A DNA stretch of 64,000 nucleotides from Saccostrea echinata (taxonomy: Eukaryota), in NCBI RefSeq assembly GCF_033153115.1, contig NW_026889761.1, positions 6,324,001 to 6,388,000 on the forward strand, read 5' to 3'. Of this stretch, positions 1 to 12,923 are shown piece after piece. Position numbers and translations under genes: made by a program. The notes beneath the pieces were generated by a model that was not told the origin of the DNA, searched no databases, and was given only the letters and a program-made list of their open reading frames with translations. Numbering within the stretch: the first letter of the stretch is position 1; each line of letters opens with the position of its first letter.

Positions 1-1300
1 GAAACAAATTCTATAAGGGAGCAAATTAGAGGGGGGTACATTTTCTCTTCCTCTGTAGACACGGCACTTTGACAAGTCAGCGTAAACTTGAATTATCAGG
101 TAGATGACCCCCCTCCCCCATGACATTTTCCAATTTGGTGTTCTTTAGACCTCTTTCTTTAAATTCCATTTCATTTTATTTCTTTTTCTTTTATTGAAAG
201 AGACACTGTGATCGACGGACAAACGGGAAAATTGACAGAAGTAGAATTTTTGCAAGACACCTGCAAATTTTATTCAAATCTTGAAAGTATTAGGTTTCAG
301 AAAAATATAGATTTCAAAACCTAAAAAATCTACTTTTGATGAGAAAAATATAAGTAAAAATAATTTTAGTTTGCCCCAACAGTAAAATATTGCTTCACTT
401 CTTCCTCTTTAAGGTACGCATGCGCAGAAAAGTTGACGAAATTACCATGGTATCAATTCCATAGATATAAATGTCGGATGACCGAGAATTTTGATATAAT
501 CTTCAGGTATCTTATCTGCTCATGAATAAAAATGGATATAAAGAATAAAATAATTTTTTTTAAATAAATAAATAAAAACAAACAAGTAGACTAACTGTTT
601 ACAGAGGAATTAGTGGCCTTTCCACCTTCAGTATAAAAAGGGAAAAATGCAAGAGCATAAGTAGGATACAACAAATGCTCTTTCTTCTAGCAGGAATAAA
701 CACCCCGCACTGTGGGCATATTTGTTTGTTAAACAATGTAGTGCCGAGTATAAAATAGTTATGAGATACAGGATTGATGTAAAATAAAACTGCTGAAATT
801 TCTGATAAACTTCTTATTTAAGTTGTTTTATGTTTTAAAAGAATTAAGATAGTCCGTTTAGAGCCTGTGAAATTTAGTTTTTTTGTGTGTGTGTGTGTGT
901 GTAAATATGATAAAAAGAACTTAGAGAAGGTCTGGTTCGGGACTGAATATTAGGAAATAATAAGTTGGATTAAACTAAGCATTTTTGAATTAAATGCAAC
1001 TAGCATAGATTAAATTCAAACTTGCATCTTAGTAAGTAAAAAATGAAAAAGTGAAATCCTATTTAATAACGCTATTTCTCGAGACTGATAAATTCTAAAT
1101 AAAATTCTAAATAAATTCAAAAAAAAGGAGAATTCATGACAGGAAAATTATCGATCATAGCAAAGGAATTGAATGCCAAAGCTTTCTTGCCATGTTTACA
1201 ACGGCCTACCAAAATCAAGCGACTCTGTACCTTTGGTCTTAAGAAGTGAATGTAATGTTTTTCTTTGACCGAAGTATCAAAGAAAAATTTGGACGGAAAA

Positions 1301-1527
1301 TATCGACAAATGATGCTGAATATTATCAACATTGATTGAAGATCGACAAGTGATGCTGAATATTATCAACATTGATTGAAGATCGACAAATGATGCTGAA
1401 TATTATCAACATTGATTGAAGATCGACAGATGATGCTTAATATTATCAACACTGATTGAAGATCGACAAATGATGCTAAATATTATCAACATTGATTGAA
1501 GATCGACAAATGATGCTTAATATTATT
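1301..1527. repeat. Minisatellite, 40-bp unit, ~5.7 copies
   Basis: Unit GATCGACAAATGATGCTGAATATTATCAACATTGATTGAA repeated head-to-tail at 1301, 1341, 1381, 1421, 1461 and 1501 (partial), with few substitutions. Confidence 0.97.
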
Positions 1528-2037
1528 ATGCGCAATAATTCTTTGTTGCCTTTTATCATTAACTTGCCAATGTAAGGAACACAAAGAAAAATGAGAATAG
1601 AAAGTAGATTTAATAAAAATACCCAATGACATTTCTAAACTTTTGATAAGTACACACCGGATATATATCATTAAATCAAACTGCATTGCAAATTTGCAAT
1701 TTCCAAGAGCCCTCCTCCACCCCAAGGGATGTTATAAATATTTCTTAATTTCTAATTAATGCATCGTATTTTGATATGCAATTTTTTCCCGAAAGTCATT
1801 TTTTCTGTCGTCCTACTTGATGCCCATATATAAAAAATATGCTTGGGAACGTTCGTGACATTTAAGTCTACGTTCAAATTGACTAGCGCTATTTTCACTT
1901 CCTTGATCAATGTCTAGAAATGTTTTCAATCAAGTGAATTTTAGAACTTTGAATTGATATTAACCGTTTTCAAAAATCATATTAGGTTGTATATCTGAAG
2001 TAAAATTCTGGAAACTCAACGTTACACATCACATATA

Positions 2038-2330
2038 CGAGGGTTGTTCGGTAAAATCATGGACAAATTTTCTATAGTAAAAAATAATCAACACTGCTTT
2101 CTAAAATTTCCTCTAATCTTTTGTACATTTTTCATCAATATACATAGCAAAATTGTAATATGCTGAAATAAACAAAATATGGGATTTTATGTTATGTATC
2201 ATGTTATGTGTTATGTTCAAAAAAAAGTATCAAAACTGAGAAGTGATGTTGAAGAATTTCATCTTTTGAAAAGGGAAGTGTGAGTATTTTGCAAATGATC
2301 TCTAAGCGCATCCGGTTAATCCGACGGTAA
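2038..2330. mobile_element. Solo mariner-like terminal fragment
   Basis: TA followed by CGAGGGTTGTTCGGTAAAATCATGGACAA, similar to the TIR of the mariner element at 27253-28349. No partner TIR found; right boundary approximate. Confidence 0.5.
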
Positions 2331-2515
2331 ATCTCATATATTTCATAATTATTTCAAAGGATCAATTTCTAGCTATTTGTAGAGTACATAGCATTCTAAG
2401 ATAAATATTAGCTATAACTCTTTAAAACTTTCTACTGGATTTATGATATTGATCACATTTCATTGTCTTCACATTTTACACATTAAAGATAAGCGAGTAC
2501 TAAAGATTATTGCTG

Positions 2516-2987
2516 CTATAATTCGTCATGCATAACTTTAGGTCGCCCTTTTTCAAGAATCTTTTTTAATAAATCTGTTTCATCAGGCTTAAGATTTTCT
2601 CCTTCTGTTATTGGAGTGTCCAGAATCGCATATTTTTTGGTGACAGTATTAAAATAGGGCCACTTTGGAAGGTCTTCTGAAATTGGATCACTAGAAAGAT
2701 AAAAAAAAAATTAGACAACTTATTTGAATTACATTAAAATAATTAGGAATATGTATGCAAATGAAAATTCATGGGAAATGTTGAAAACCAGAAATTAATG
2801 AAAGCTAAGTTTTTTTTTTTCTTTTATATTTGAGAACATGTAAGCTTTTGGTTTTTGAGAGCATCTAAAAATCATTACCTACCCATACTTGGCAAAATTA
2901 GTCCAATACTTAATGACGTCTTTAGACAAGTTTTCTACAGCCCCTAGGTCATGTTTTTTATGTGGTTCATAATTGATGTATAAATGT
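2516..2987 (-). CDS. Carboxylesterase (type-B) C-terminal two exons with HDEL ER-retention signal; 5' exons not found (partial gene or pseudogene fragment)
   Basis: Exons 2987-2883 and 2690-2516 with AG/GT sites splice in frame to HLYINYEPHKKHDLGAVENLSKDVIKYWTNFAKYG|DPISEDLPKWPYFNTVTKKYAILDTPITEGENLKPDETDLLKKILEKGRPKVMHDEL*. LSxxxxxYWTNFAKxGDP...PxWP is the classical carboxylesterase C-terminal motif. Confidence 0.85.
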
Positions 2988-3309
2988 CTGAAATAGAAAA
3001 ATAATTCTTTTATGAGACAGTTGCTTAGCAAGGTATCAATAGGAATTCAGTATAAACGTTTGAATATGATTTGTGAGGATAAGCATGTTAAACATGTTAA
3101 ATTTGTACGCTATTAAAATTCATATCTTTGTAGGAGAGTTCAAGAGCAATTTGTTTTGTTTGACATATGAATAGATGAAAAAGCGCTGTGATGGGAAACT
3201 TGGTCAATGTATATGCATGGCATGTGCAGTATAACACCATACTATATAGTCTATTTATAGCCCCTATATAATCTATACAGACGAAAACGGTTCATAACAC
3301 TATACTTAC

Positions 3310-4371
3310 TATACCTCTACTGTTATTACTCAATGTAGTAAATGAAAGAAGGCACTATTTCCCCCATCTGCATACTACTCCCTGTAAAATCAGATTCACT
3401 CCCTGGGAGTATTCCCTCATTTATATTCATTAATATTTTTAACCAGTCGAAATGCTCATTGGGCCAAGCGTTCAAGGAATCTCGGGACTGCGACGTAATG
3501 TTATTAGCAATGTAACTATGACGTCAAAACATTTCGACATGCGATGAAAAAATCATACTGGAATTATTTAAGAAATAAGCTACATTTTTAAACTTTTATC
3601 GGAATGTAAATTCGGGTTGGTCTTGTAATAAAATCCAATAAATCCGGAAGGGCTTTATAGTAGATATAATCACGTTCCAACCCATATTAACATCCCAATA
3701 AAAGTTTAATAATGATACCTTATTACTTATATTTACATTTGTGACTGATTTATTACAAATACTTAGGTACTTAAGTTTTAAAACCATAATATACAGATAT
3801 GGAATGGGTATGAGGGAAATAGCAAATTTATGGTTCCCCGAGGGAGGAAACTATTTCCCGAGGCGGCGAAACTGTTTTATTATACCGAAACAAACAAAGG
3901 AGATTTATTAACTAGAGTCTTAGACATTTTTAAAACAATATAGAGGCATTTATATAAATAATCAAAAATGCGCGTGATTCCAATTTTGTTAAATATGTAA
4001 TGCATCAATACGGAAAAAATAAAATTATTTTTCAAAAAATAATAATTTCACTAACATTTCGAAGGATTATCGTTGTCCTCATTTTGCTTAGAAATTTCAG
4101 TATGATTTTGACATCGCATGTCGAAATGTTTTGACGTCTTAGTTACATTGCTAATAACATTACGTCACGGACTCGAGATTCCTTGAACGCTCCGCCCACT
4201 GTTCATTTTAATTGGTTAAAATTAATAATAAATATTCATGAGGGAGTAGTCCCAGGGAGTAGCTCTGATTTTTCAGGGAGTAGTCCTCAGATGGGGAAAA
4301 TAGTATTTTCTCGGGGAAATAGACAGATTTATGGCATTAATTTTATATAGAGTAATAAGAGTAGAGGTATA
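3310..4371. mobile_element. Foldback-type non-autonomous element with ~250-bp inverted arms
   Basis: 3310-3565 (TATACCTCTACTGTTATTACTC...CGACATGCGATG...) is the imperfect reverse complement of 4092-4371 (...CATCGCATGTCG...GAGTAATAAGAGTAGAGGTATA). No coding capacity. Confidence 0.8.
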
Positions 4372-4758
4372 ATAAAACGGTGTTGAACACGTCGATCACT
4401 TATGACGTCACTATGATATTACGTAGATCGTTTATGACTAAACAATCAATTATTGGTCACATAACGAACCTGTTTATACACAAGTGTAAAAACGCCTTGC
4501 TCAAATAGTGTTAAATAAGGGAAAACATTTCCAAATGTAAATATAGTAAAATGATGAGCACGCGTACGATAATTCTTTAAAATATCTGTGAAATTATTTT
4601 ATTTTTTAATATTTTTTTCAGAACTGATGCATTAGATATGTAACAAAATTTTAGGTACATGTTTTTTGTGTTATTTGAATGCATCTATATTGTCTAAAGA
4701 TGTCCGAGTGTGTGGTTTAATAAATCTCCTTAGATTGGTTCGGTATAATAAAATGGTT

Positions 4759-5350
4759 ATGGAAAGGGTACTCCAAAAAAAGCAAATTTATGGTTCCCCT
4801 CGCCAAGAAACTATTTCCCCTCTCGAGGAACCATAAATTTGCTATTTCCTTCATACTCATTCCATTACTTGATATTCACCGGAGGGTCTGTAGGCATGCA
4901 GCGCCGATTGTGACGTCACAAACGACACCTCAGATAAAGTTGTAAACAATGGTGGAAACAGCTGTGTATATTTGGCAAGTCCATCGCCGGATTATCATCC
5001 AAACATTTCTATGGTAAATGTCTTATTCACTACGAAAAGAAAACACGAAAGTTATTATATACCTCTCATCTGGACATTTTTAATCTGTCTGTGACAGTAA
5101 TTCGCTAATGAAAATGGTGCCGTTATGAAGCCTTCATCGTTTTTTTTTTTTTAGTTTGTTTGTCTGTTTTTTTTTTTCAAATCCTGACTACACATGCATG
5201 TATATAATATAGCAGTTTTGAACTCCTTCAGTGGTAAATATGGTTTGATATTCACCAGAAAAAATATCATCTTCGTCTAGGTCAATATTGATATTTTTCT
5301 GGTGAATATCAAACCATATTCACCACTAAATGAGTCCATAATTATATCAT
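4759..5350. mobile_element. Cluster of palindromic (hairpin) repeats around a TTGTGACGTCACAA palindrome
   Basis: Hairpin 4759-4865 (AGCAAATTTATGGTTCC/GGAACCATAAATTTGCT) with a related copy at ~3799-3890. Second hairpin 5222-5335 (ATATGGTTTGATATTCACCAGAAAAA/TTTTTCTGGTGAATATCAAACCATAT). CRE palindrome at 4908-4921. Confidence 0.65.
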
Positions 5351-6505
5351 ATTGTCTTGACTGGAAATAAGGTGAGGGTGTTTAAATCACGCTGAAACAA
5401 ATATTTGTTGTGTGCAAATTTTAATATCACTTTGAAATATCTCAATGTTAAACAACAGACGTTGGATCATACATCAAATTTATAAAGTAATTTTATTACA
5501 TGTAAATATTTACTTTGAATTCAATATAAGGAATTGAAGCGTGAAAGCCACTCAAACCAACTTAACTAATAGATGTGATACTTTGCATAACTAGTCCAAA
5601 AAATGAAAAAAGACAAACAATTTTAAATATTTGAAGAGACGAAATAAAGATCTACTGAAAATTAAATGATACCTCATTATTGTGACCTTTTTTTTCTTTT
5701 CTTTTTATTTTCTCAAATATTATGAAACATGTATACATTAAATTCCTAGACCCCCTACCTCTTTTAAACAGAACTCATCAGAGACAGTGAAAAATACATA
5801 AAAAATATATCAGTAAAAAATACATAAAACAAATACATAAAACTATAAATAAACGTCGAATATATTTAACAATGAAATTTCTGCTCATCTGATGGTGAAT
5901 TTGAAGCAATAATTGTTCAATGCAAGATAACTGAAAACAAATAAATTAATTGCAAATTAATGTGATACATAGATGAAAGGTCTCGGCCTTGTAGTAAAGT
6001 GATCGAGTTAACCCCCGTTCTTCTCTGAGCACACGTAACAAATAATATTGATTGAGCGTCAATATCTATATCTGTCAGTAGAATATAGATATCACACATA
6101 CAAATCCTATGCAGATTTATATTAGTTTAGATATTTGATAACGTTTACAGATTTAATTCATCTTGGCTGACTAACCTGTTTTAATGTGATAAGCCGTTAT
6201 GTGATTCAACCCTTTGTTTGACAAAAAACACGAACAAGCATGTATTTAAATTGTTTCTGTGCACTAGATTTTCACCTCTTTTCAATAGAGGGAAGAACTA
6301 CGCACGCTAACTCTTGATTCCTGCCTACATTTTACACCAATTTAATTCAACACTTTTGGTAATTTGGCTTAAAACTTGCTTGAATGCAAAGAAGAGTTCA
6401 TTAGTAATGGATTAATGATTTTAAAACCAGTGTCAAAAGTTAATTGCTTTTATTTACAACTCCTTTCATGAGGGGAGTAGAGAATGTTATCAATTGAAAT
6501 CATGC

Positions 6506-7075
6506 CTTCATTCATTCATTCATTCATTTATTCTCTCAAAAACCATATGAATGGCACAAGAGGTACATATATACATATTTACTGTAGTTATGGAAGAGCA
6601 CACATGGCAGGAGGACAGACAGTGTTAGAAATTTTGGTGATTTCTTAAGAATGCTGGATCAGAATTTTATAATATTTGGATGGACATAGTATTTCCCTAA
6701 CTAAGAATCTTTCCGAATATTACATAACACAATACATTCTAGTAAGTAATGAAATTCATCTCCAATTTGATTATTATTACATAAATAGCACACTCTTTCA
6801 TTTCTTTCAACATTATTCCATCTACCCACCTCTACTGGAAGACGGTGGTTGCTTGTTCTGAATTTTAAAAAGATATTTCTAAGTTTTCTTGGTAAAATAG
6901 TTAAGTTTTTTCGCATTCAAACTTTGTTTTAAAAATTATATATGTAATACCTTTAATGGAATTATTCATATCACTATACTATTTTTGTAAAAACTTTTTG
7001 GTGTATTTCAGTCGCAATCCATTTGATTTGATCATTCCAAACATTACACAGCCCTGTTGTGTTAAGAATTGACTT
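6506..7075 (-). mobile_element. 5'-truncated non-LTR retrotransposon (RTEX-like) 3' fragment, degenerate
   Basis: Minus strand encodes KSILNTTGLCNVWNDQ...LPRKLRNIFLKFRTSNHRLPVEVGRW...RVCYLCNNNQIGDEFHYLLEC (C-terminal CCHC zinc knuckle), followed by AATAAA and a (TGAA)n tail at 6506-6531. Clade assignment is tentative. Confidence 0.85.
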
Positions 7076-7693
7076 GGATGTAGGCGGCAGGACAATACTA
7101 TCGTTTGGTGTTCCTTGTAAAGGGGCATTTAAACGATTGACCGGTCTAGCTTGTTCGCTGACGACCTGATTACAGGAAAGTCGGACATTTACTTAATTTA
7201 AAACTTATATACAGATTATGGTTTGATATATTGTACAAATATAAACCTTCAAAGATCAATCCATAGGTATTTCAGTATATACTCCATTATAGATACATCT
7301 TTGGATCTTCCAAAAATTATTTAAGTAACTCAAGCCAATATAGTAAAATATTATTTTGCACGTGATATCAAGTAAATCAATCAGATTTATCGAATTACAC
7401 AGCAAAAATAATATTTCATAATATACAGGTTAAAGCATAATAAATCAAATTGTTAGCTATAGGGAGCGAATAGAAAGGGGGTGCGGGTACCGTTCATCTT
7501 CCCTACCTGCCTTCACCTTTGTCAACTCGAAGATGGGCTCCCATTTTTACAATTGTAGGGGGCTGAACATGGCACATTTTTTTAGTATGTTTTGGTCGGT
7601 ATTATTTGTGTTTACATATACATGGTTTGTTTGATCAATCTGTCATGATCATTTAATTACCTACATCAATGACCTCTTCTATTCCTCTACTGA

Positions 7694-9400
7694 ATGTTAT
7701 GTCTTGTCATTAATAAGGAGGTTATGTTTTATCATTAATAAGGAGGTTATGTTATATCATTAATATGGAGGTTATGTTATATTATTAGTAAGTAGGTTAT
7801 GTTTATCAATGCTTTATCAATAATAAGGAGGTTATGTTTTTCTATCAATAATAAGGTGGTTATGTTCCATCATTAATATGGAGACTATGTTCTATCATTA
7901 GTTATGTTCTATCATTAATATCAGGCACATAGGAAGCAATTTCACTTTAAGGGGCACAACCATACATTTTCAGTTGAGGGAGGGGGGGGGGCACTATCAA
8001 CTAACAAAATTCCTTGACAAGCAAAAAAAAAAGGTCATTACATGTTATTATTGAGGGAGCACAGGCATATAGTAGCTATGTTTTCTGTAGTATATTCTAT
8101 ATATCGGCAAAATTATTGAGGGGCACGGCCCCCCGTGACCCCCCCCCCCCGTTCTTACGGCCATGAACATGGAGGTTATGTTCTATCATTATAGTAAGGA
8201 GGTTATGTTATATCATTAATATGGAGATAATGTTATTTCATTAATAAGAATGTTATGTTATATCATTAGTAAGGAGTTTATGTTATATCATTAGTAAGGA
8301 GGCTATGTTCTATCATTATAGTAAGGAGGTCATGATATATCATTAATATGGAGGTAATGTTCTATCATTAATATAGAGGTTATGTTATATCATTAATAAG
8401 GAGGTTATGTTATATAATTAATATGGAGGTTATGTTTCTTATTGCTATATCATTGATAAAGAGTTTATGCTTTATCAATAATAAGGAGGTTATGTCTATA
8501 TCAATAATAAGGATGTTATGTGATATCATAAATACGGAGGTTATGTTTTATCATTAATGAGGAGGTTATGTTTTATCATGAATAAGGAGGTTATGTTTTA
8601 TCATGAATAAGGAGGTTATGTTATATCATTAATGAGGAGGTTATGTTATATCATGAATAAGGAGGTTATGTTTTATCATTAATGAGGAGGTTATGTTTCA
8701 TCATTAGTAAGGAGGTTATGTTTTATCATTAATGAGGAGGTTATGTTTTATCATGAATAAGGAAGTTATGTTTTATCATGAATACGGAGGTTATGTTTTA
8801 TCATGTATAAGGAGGTTATGTTTTATCATGAATAAGGAGGTTATGTTTTATCATTAATGAGGAGGTTATGTTTTATCATGTATAAGGAGGTTATGTTTTA
8901 TCATGAATAAGGAGTTTATGTTTTATCATGAATAAGGAGGTTATGTTTTATCATTAATGAGGAGGTTATGTTTTATCATGAATAAGGAGGTTATGTTTTA
9001 TCATTAATGAGGAGGTTATGTTTTATCATGAATAAGGAGGTTATGTTTTATCATGAATAAGGAGATAATGTTTTATCATGAATAAGGAGGTTATGTTTTA
9101 TCATGAATAAGGAGGTTATGTTTTATCATTAATGAGGAGGTTATGTTTTATCATGAATAAGGAGGTTATGTTTTATCATTAATGAGGAGGTTATGTTTTA
9201 TCATTAATGAGGAAGTTTTGTTTTATCATTAATGAGGGGGTTATGTCTTATCATGAATAAGGAGGTTATGTTTTATCATTAATGAGGAGGTTATGTTTTA
9301 TCATAAATAAGGAGGTTATGTTTTATCATGTATAAGGAGGTTATGTTTCATCATTAGTAAGGAGGTTATGTTATATCATTATTAAGGAGGTTATGTTTTA
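7694..9400. repeat. Minisatellite, 25-bp unit, ~1.7 kb, interrupted by a MITE
   Basis: Unit AATAAGGAGGTTATGTTTTATCATG, variant AATGAGGAGGTTATGTTTTATCATT. Degenerate 7694-8530, homogeneous 8540-9400. Confidence 0.97.
7922..8165. mobile_element. MITE with G/C-run subtermini inserted in the minisatellite
   Basis: Imperfect TIRs CAGGCACATAGGAAG...GTTCTTACGGCCATG. Flanks AATAT (7917-7921) and AACAT (8166-8170) fit a 5-bp TSD with one mismatch; the satellite resumes in register. Confidence 0.7.
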
Positions 9401-10297
9401 TTGGGTATCCATAAAATGAATTATCAGTTATTTTAGTTTGACCTCCCTAGCTCAAAAACTTTTTTACAGTTATTATTTAAGTTCTTTAATATCTTTTTTA
9501 CATGAGTAGAGTCGAAAGGTTTTCTCTGGATATGTAATACCCTCCCCTCACCCACAATCACATTTTTCGTGGCCAGAGAATGAAAATGTAGCAAGTATTC
9601 AAACACACGAGTCGCCCCGGGCAATCGAACATTTAAAAAGAGATGGAGGTAAATGTTTGTGAATTAAATTCGCAACCATTTTCCAGACTGAAAAAAAATA
9701 TCCTTAAAAAATATGAATACAGGCAAAACATTTGTGTGTGTGTGTATACTTATGTAAGACTACTAGAACAAAACAGCATTGTTTCCTTTATCGGCATCCT
9801 GATAATGTGAAAATTGTTGTTGAACTTCTCCGGAAAATCAGATAAGTTGTTCTCTATCCTGCATGAAAAGATTGATCCATGAAACATCTATGTTAAAAGT
9901 CCTGAATTTTAAAGCAATTCAAGTTATACAGAATGCAGTTTTCCGTGGGCCCTGACGAAAGTTTTATTCTGGTATGTTTAATTCTCAGTTCATGCTCCTG
10001 CATGTATATGATTTGTATTTCTTTCTTTCTTTTTCATTGCATTGATAAAATATTGCAAATAATTCTTTTCAATTATTTTTTATTTAATTATAGCTTATTT
10101 AGTACATGCAGCATTTATGTTTAGAACCATCTTATGTCCGATCTACAAATATAAATATCGAAGTCTTAGATAGCTGTCCTAAATAGCTGTCTTCATCAGT
10201 GGTTAATGAAATAATTTCTCAAAATATGAATTACATCCATAGAGAAAAAGCCAAATCCATGTGAATGTCAGTGAAAATATGGTTGGACTCTGATAAC

Positions 10298-11700
10298 AAG
10301 TAAGTAAGTAAGTAAGTAAATTATTTATTATAGTTACATGTGTATTATACAGTTATACAGTGTATTTTACAAGAATATACTTAGTTTTTTACACCCGGCC
10401 CAAAGGACTTATATGTCACTGTTTATATGTTAACAATATACATATATACAGGCACATAAATGAAGATAAATTATATTAGAATGTTCTTTTTGTGAAATTC
10501 TGATGAGTTTTAAAAGCATCGAATATAAAGTTTGCAGAATGTCTGGGAAATTTACATAAAATATCTGAAAAGAATGTATCATCTAAAGACAAATTTGACA
10601 AATTTTTAAAACCTATTTTACGAAAGAAGTCTATCCTTTTAATTTCATATAATTTACAGTGTAGTAAAAAATGTTTTTCATTTTCAATTTCGTTATTTTC
10701 GCAAAACTGGCAAATTCTGTCTTGGGGTGGCTCAGATTTATAACGTCCAGTTTCAATTCGAAGTGGTAATACACCGCAACGAAACATTGCCATAACTGAT
10801 CGGACAGGTTTCGGTAAATCCATACTGACGTACTGCTCCAGTTCATATTGATTTTTAAAAAGACGATAAGTTCTTAGTTTGGAAATTTTTTGTAAATCTT
10901 CAATCCATTGTCTTTTAATTTTCTGACAGAGGAGTCTTTCGGCAAGTTCTATGCTGCATGTTGATAAGTTTGTGTACGTATACGGCATATTCAGAGAATC
11001 AAATAATAGTTTAGTTTTTGAGGCCCAATTTGTTCTGTTATCTTGATTCCGATCCCAAAGGAAAATCTTCTTCGTCAGATGGTCGTTTTCTAGTGTCATC
11101 AGACGATTCCAGAATCGCAAGACGTTAATCTGATGTCGATAGTAGCATGGCATCCAACCACATTCTCCTTGGATTGCAATCAATGGGGTGAATCGGTGTA
11201 CTCCTAAAAAATACCGCAAGGCGCGGGACTGCACCATCTCTGCACAATAATAATTTGTTGTTCCCCAAACTCCACTGCAGTAATCTAGAATAGGAGCAAC
11301 ACAGTTGAGATATAGCTTTTACAATGTTTCAAATCCGACCATTTTAAGGGAGTGAATTTTAGATATCATAGATCTAAGAGCTCGTCCTCCAGATTTTCCT
11401 AAATTTTCCGCATTTCTTCTAAAATCAGTATTCTCATCAAAGATTACACCTAAATATTTGTAGAAATGTTCATATGCTAAATTTTCTCCTCCTAGATAAA
11501 AAGTATGAGTACTTCTTTTTTTGCGTTTTTTCCGAAAATGAGCTATTTTGGATTTATTTGGATTGATTCGAAGACGCCATTTTTTACACCACGAGTCCAC
11601 AACATTGAGCATGTCCTGCATGTTCTTTTCGTTCGGAGAAATGATTGCGATATCGTCTGCATACAATAGAATGCTTAAATTAAAATTTTCAATTAGCAAT
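10298..11700 (-). mobile_element. 5'-truncated non-LTR retrotransposon (RTEX-like): RT C-terminal half + zinc knuckle, one frameshift
   Basis: ORF 11699-11319 contains LLYADDIAII and YKYLGV (RT motifs). After a frameshift near 11320 it continues KLYLNCVAPILDYCSGVWG into ORF 11237-10476 with FRCGVLPLRIETGRY...ICQFC...ENEKHFLLHC. AATAAA plus (ACTT)n tail at 10298-10330. Confidence 0.93.
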
Positions 11701-12145
11701 AATTTATGGAATAAACGTTCATAAGGACGTCGGTTCTTTTATATTTTCATCAAAATTGGGATCACCACACTGATAGTATTATCACCGTGTGAAAATAACT
11801 GTTTCACTCTTTATTTATTTTGGACTTTAAATGTTATTATATTTCATTTTTGTTTTTATGTGAAATTCAATATTTTAAAATTATTTTGTTTTAGAATTTA
11901 CATTTTACATATGTTAAATTACTAATTTCTCATTTAATTACTCAGTGACACTTGTCGCACAACAAAGGGACAGAGTGTTAATGCCCAAAGACCTTTGTAA
12001 TCACTTATACGCACAACATATAATTATCTAATTATCGGTGTTCTTTATGTCCATGTGATCAAAGCATTTCATTAATTGGTACCTATATCACTTTTACTCA
12101 TTGTCAACACCTGTCATTTTTAACTCATTGTTCAATTCCTCTTAA

Positions 12146-12923
12146 AGGTGCTTAGACACAGATTTGAAGTTAATATTTTCTCAAATTTTCTGTATAATAT
12201 CACGACTTATATATTGCAATAGCATTTCACACGAAAATATAATTAAAAACTTATTTTATCTGGAAATTATTGGAACTACGAATTCCTGGACGCGTTTGAT
12301 TAACACATCCTTGCACTTTCACAAATTTTATCTTTATCCTTAATATTAAAGAAAAGAAGCTATTTTTGTGTATTAATGAAAAACATTACATCTATAATCC
12401 AGAAAATTCAGAGTAGAAATGTGCGAAAGCAAACCCCCTCACTAATATCGTCAGCCCGTGCTCAGTGTTGTGTACAGAGTTTAACAAATTGAATACACCC
12501 GTGAAACATAAACTGTTTTTGTAAACAGGACACGAGCTCACTTATTGTTAATGTTTACGATTCACCGGGTGTGTTCAATTGTTAAAGTCTGCACACACCA
12601 CTGAGCACGGACTGACAATACTGTGAGTGGGTTTTGCTTTCGAACATTTCTACTCTGAATTTTTCTGGATTATAGTTTTAATATTTTTCATTAATACACA
12701 ACAAAATTGCCACTTTTTTTAAGTATTAAGAATAGAATTAAAATTTGTGAAAGTGCAAGGATGTGTCAATCAAACACGTTCATAAATTTGAAGTTTCAAT
12801 AACTTCGAGATGAAATAAGAATTTTATTATATTTTAGTATGAAATACTATAGCAACATATAAGTCATGAAATTATGCAGAAAATTTGAGAAAATGTTAAC
12901 TTCAAATCTGTGTTCAAGCACCT
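12146..12923. mobile_element. Kolobok-like palindromic non-autonomous DNA transposon
   Basis: TTAA|AGGTGCTTAGACACAGATTTGAAG...CTTCAAATCTGTGTTCAAGCACCT|TTAA. TTAA TSD (12142-45, 12924-27), purine-purine termini, ~370-bp inverted arms. Confidence 0.88.

Noticed and set aside
1301-1527. CRISPR-like appearance of the 40-bp repeats (also 7694-9400 and 57296-57617)
   Set aside because: Contiguous tandem units with no unique spacers, no cas genes, eukaryotic context.
8540-9400. Each unit contains TAAGGAGGTTATG, resembling Shine-Dalgarno + ATG
   Set aside because: No ORFs follow and spacing is too short; coincidental in a eukaryotic minisatellite.
9510-9971. Exon-like open stretches with GT/AG sites
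   Set aside because: No recognisable homology or coherent gene model.
10158-10202. Hammerhead-like CTGATGA-AGACAGC...GCTATC on the minus strand (also CTGACGA-CCTG..CAGGAAAG at ~7158)
   Set aside because: GAAA core mutated in the first; stems I/III cannot be formed in the second. At most dead relics.
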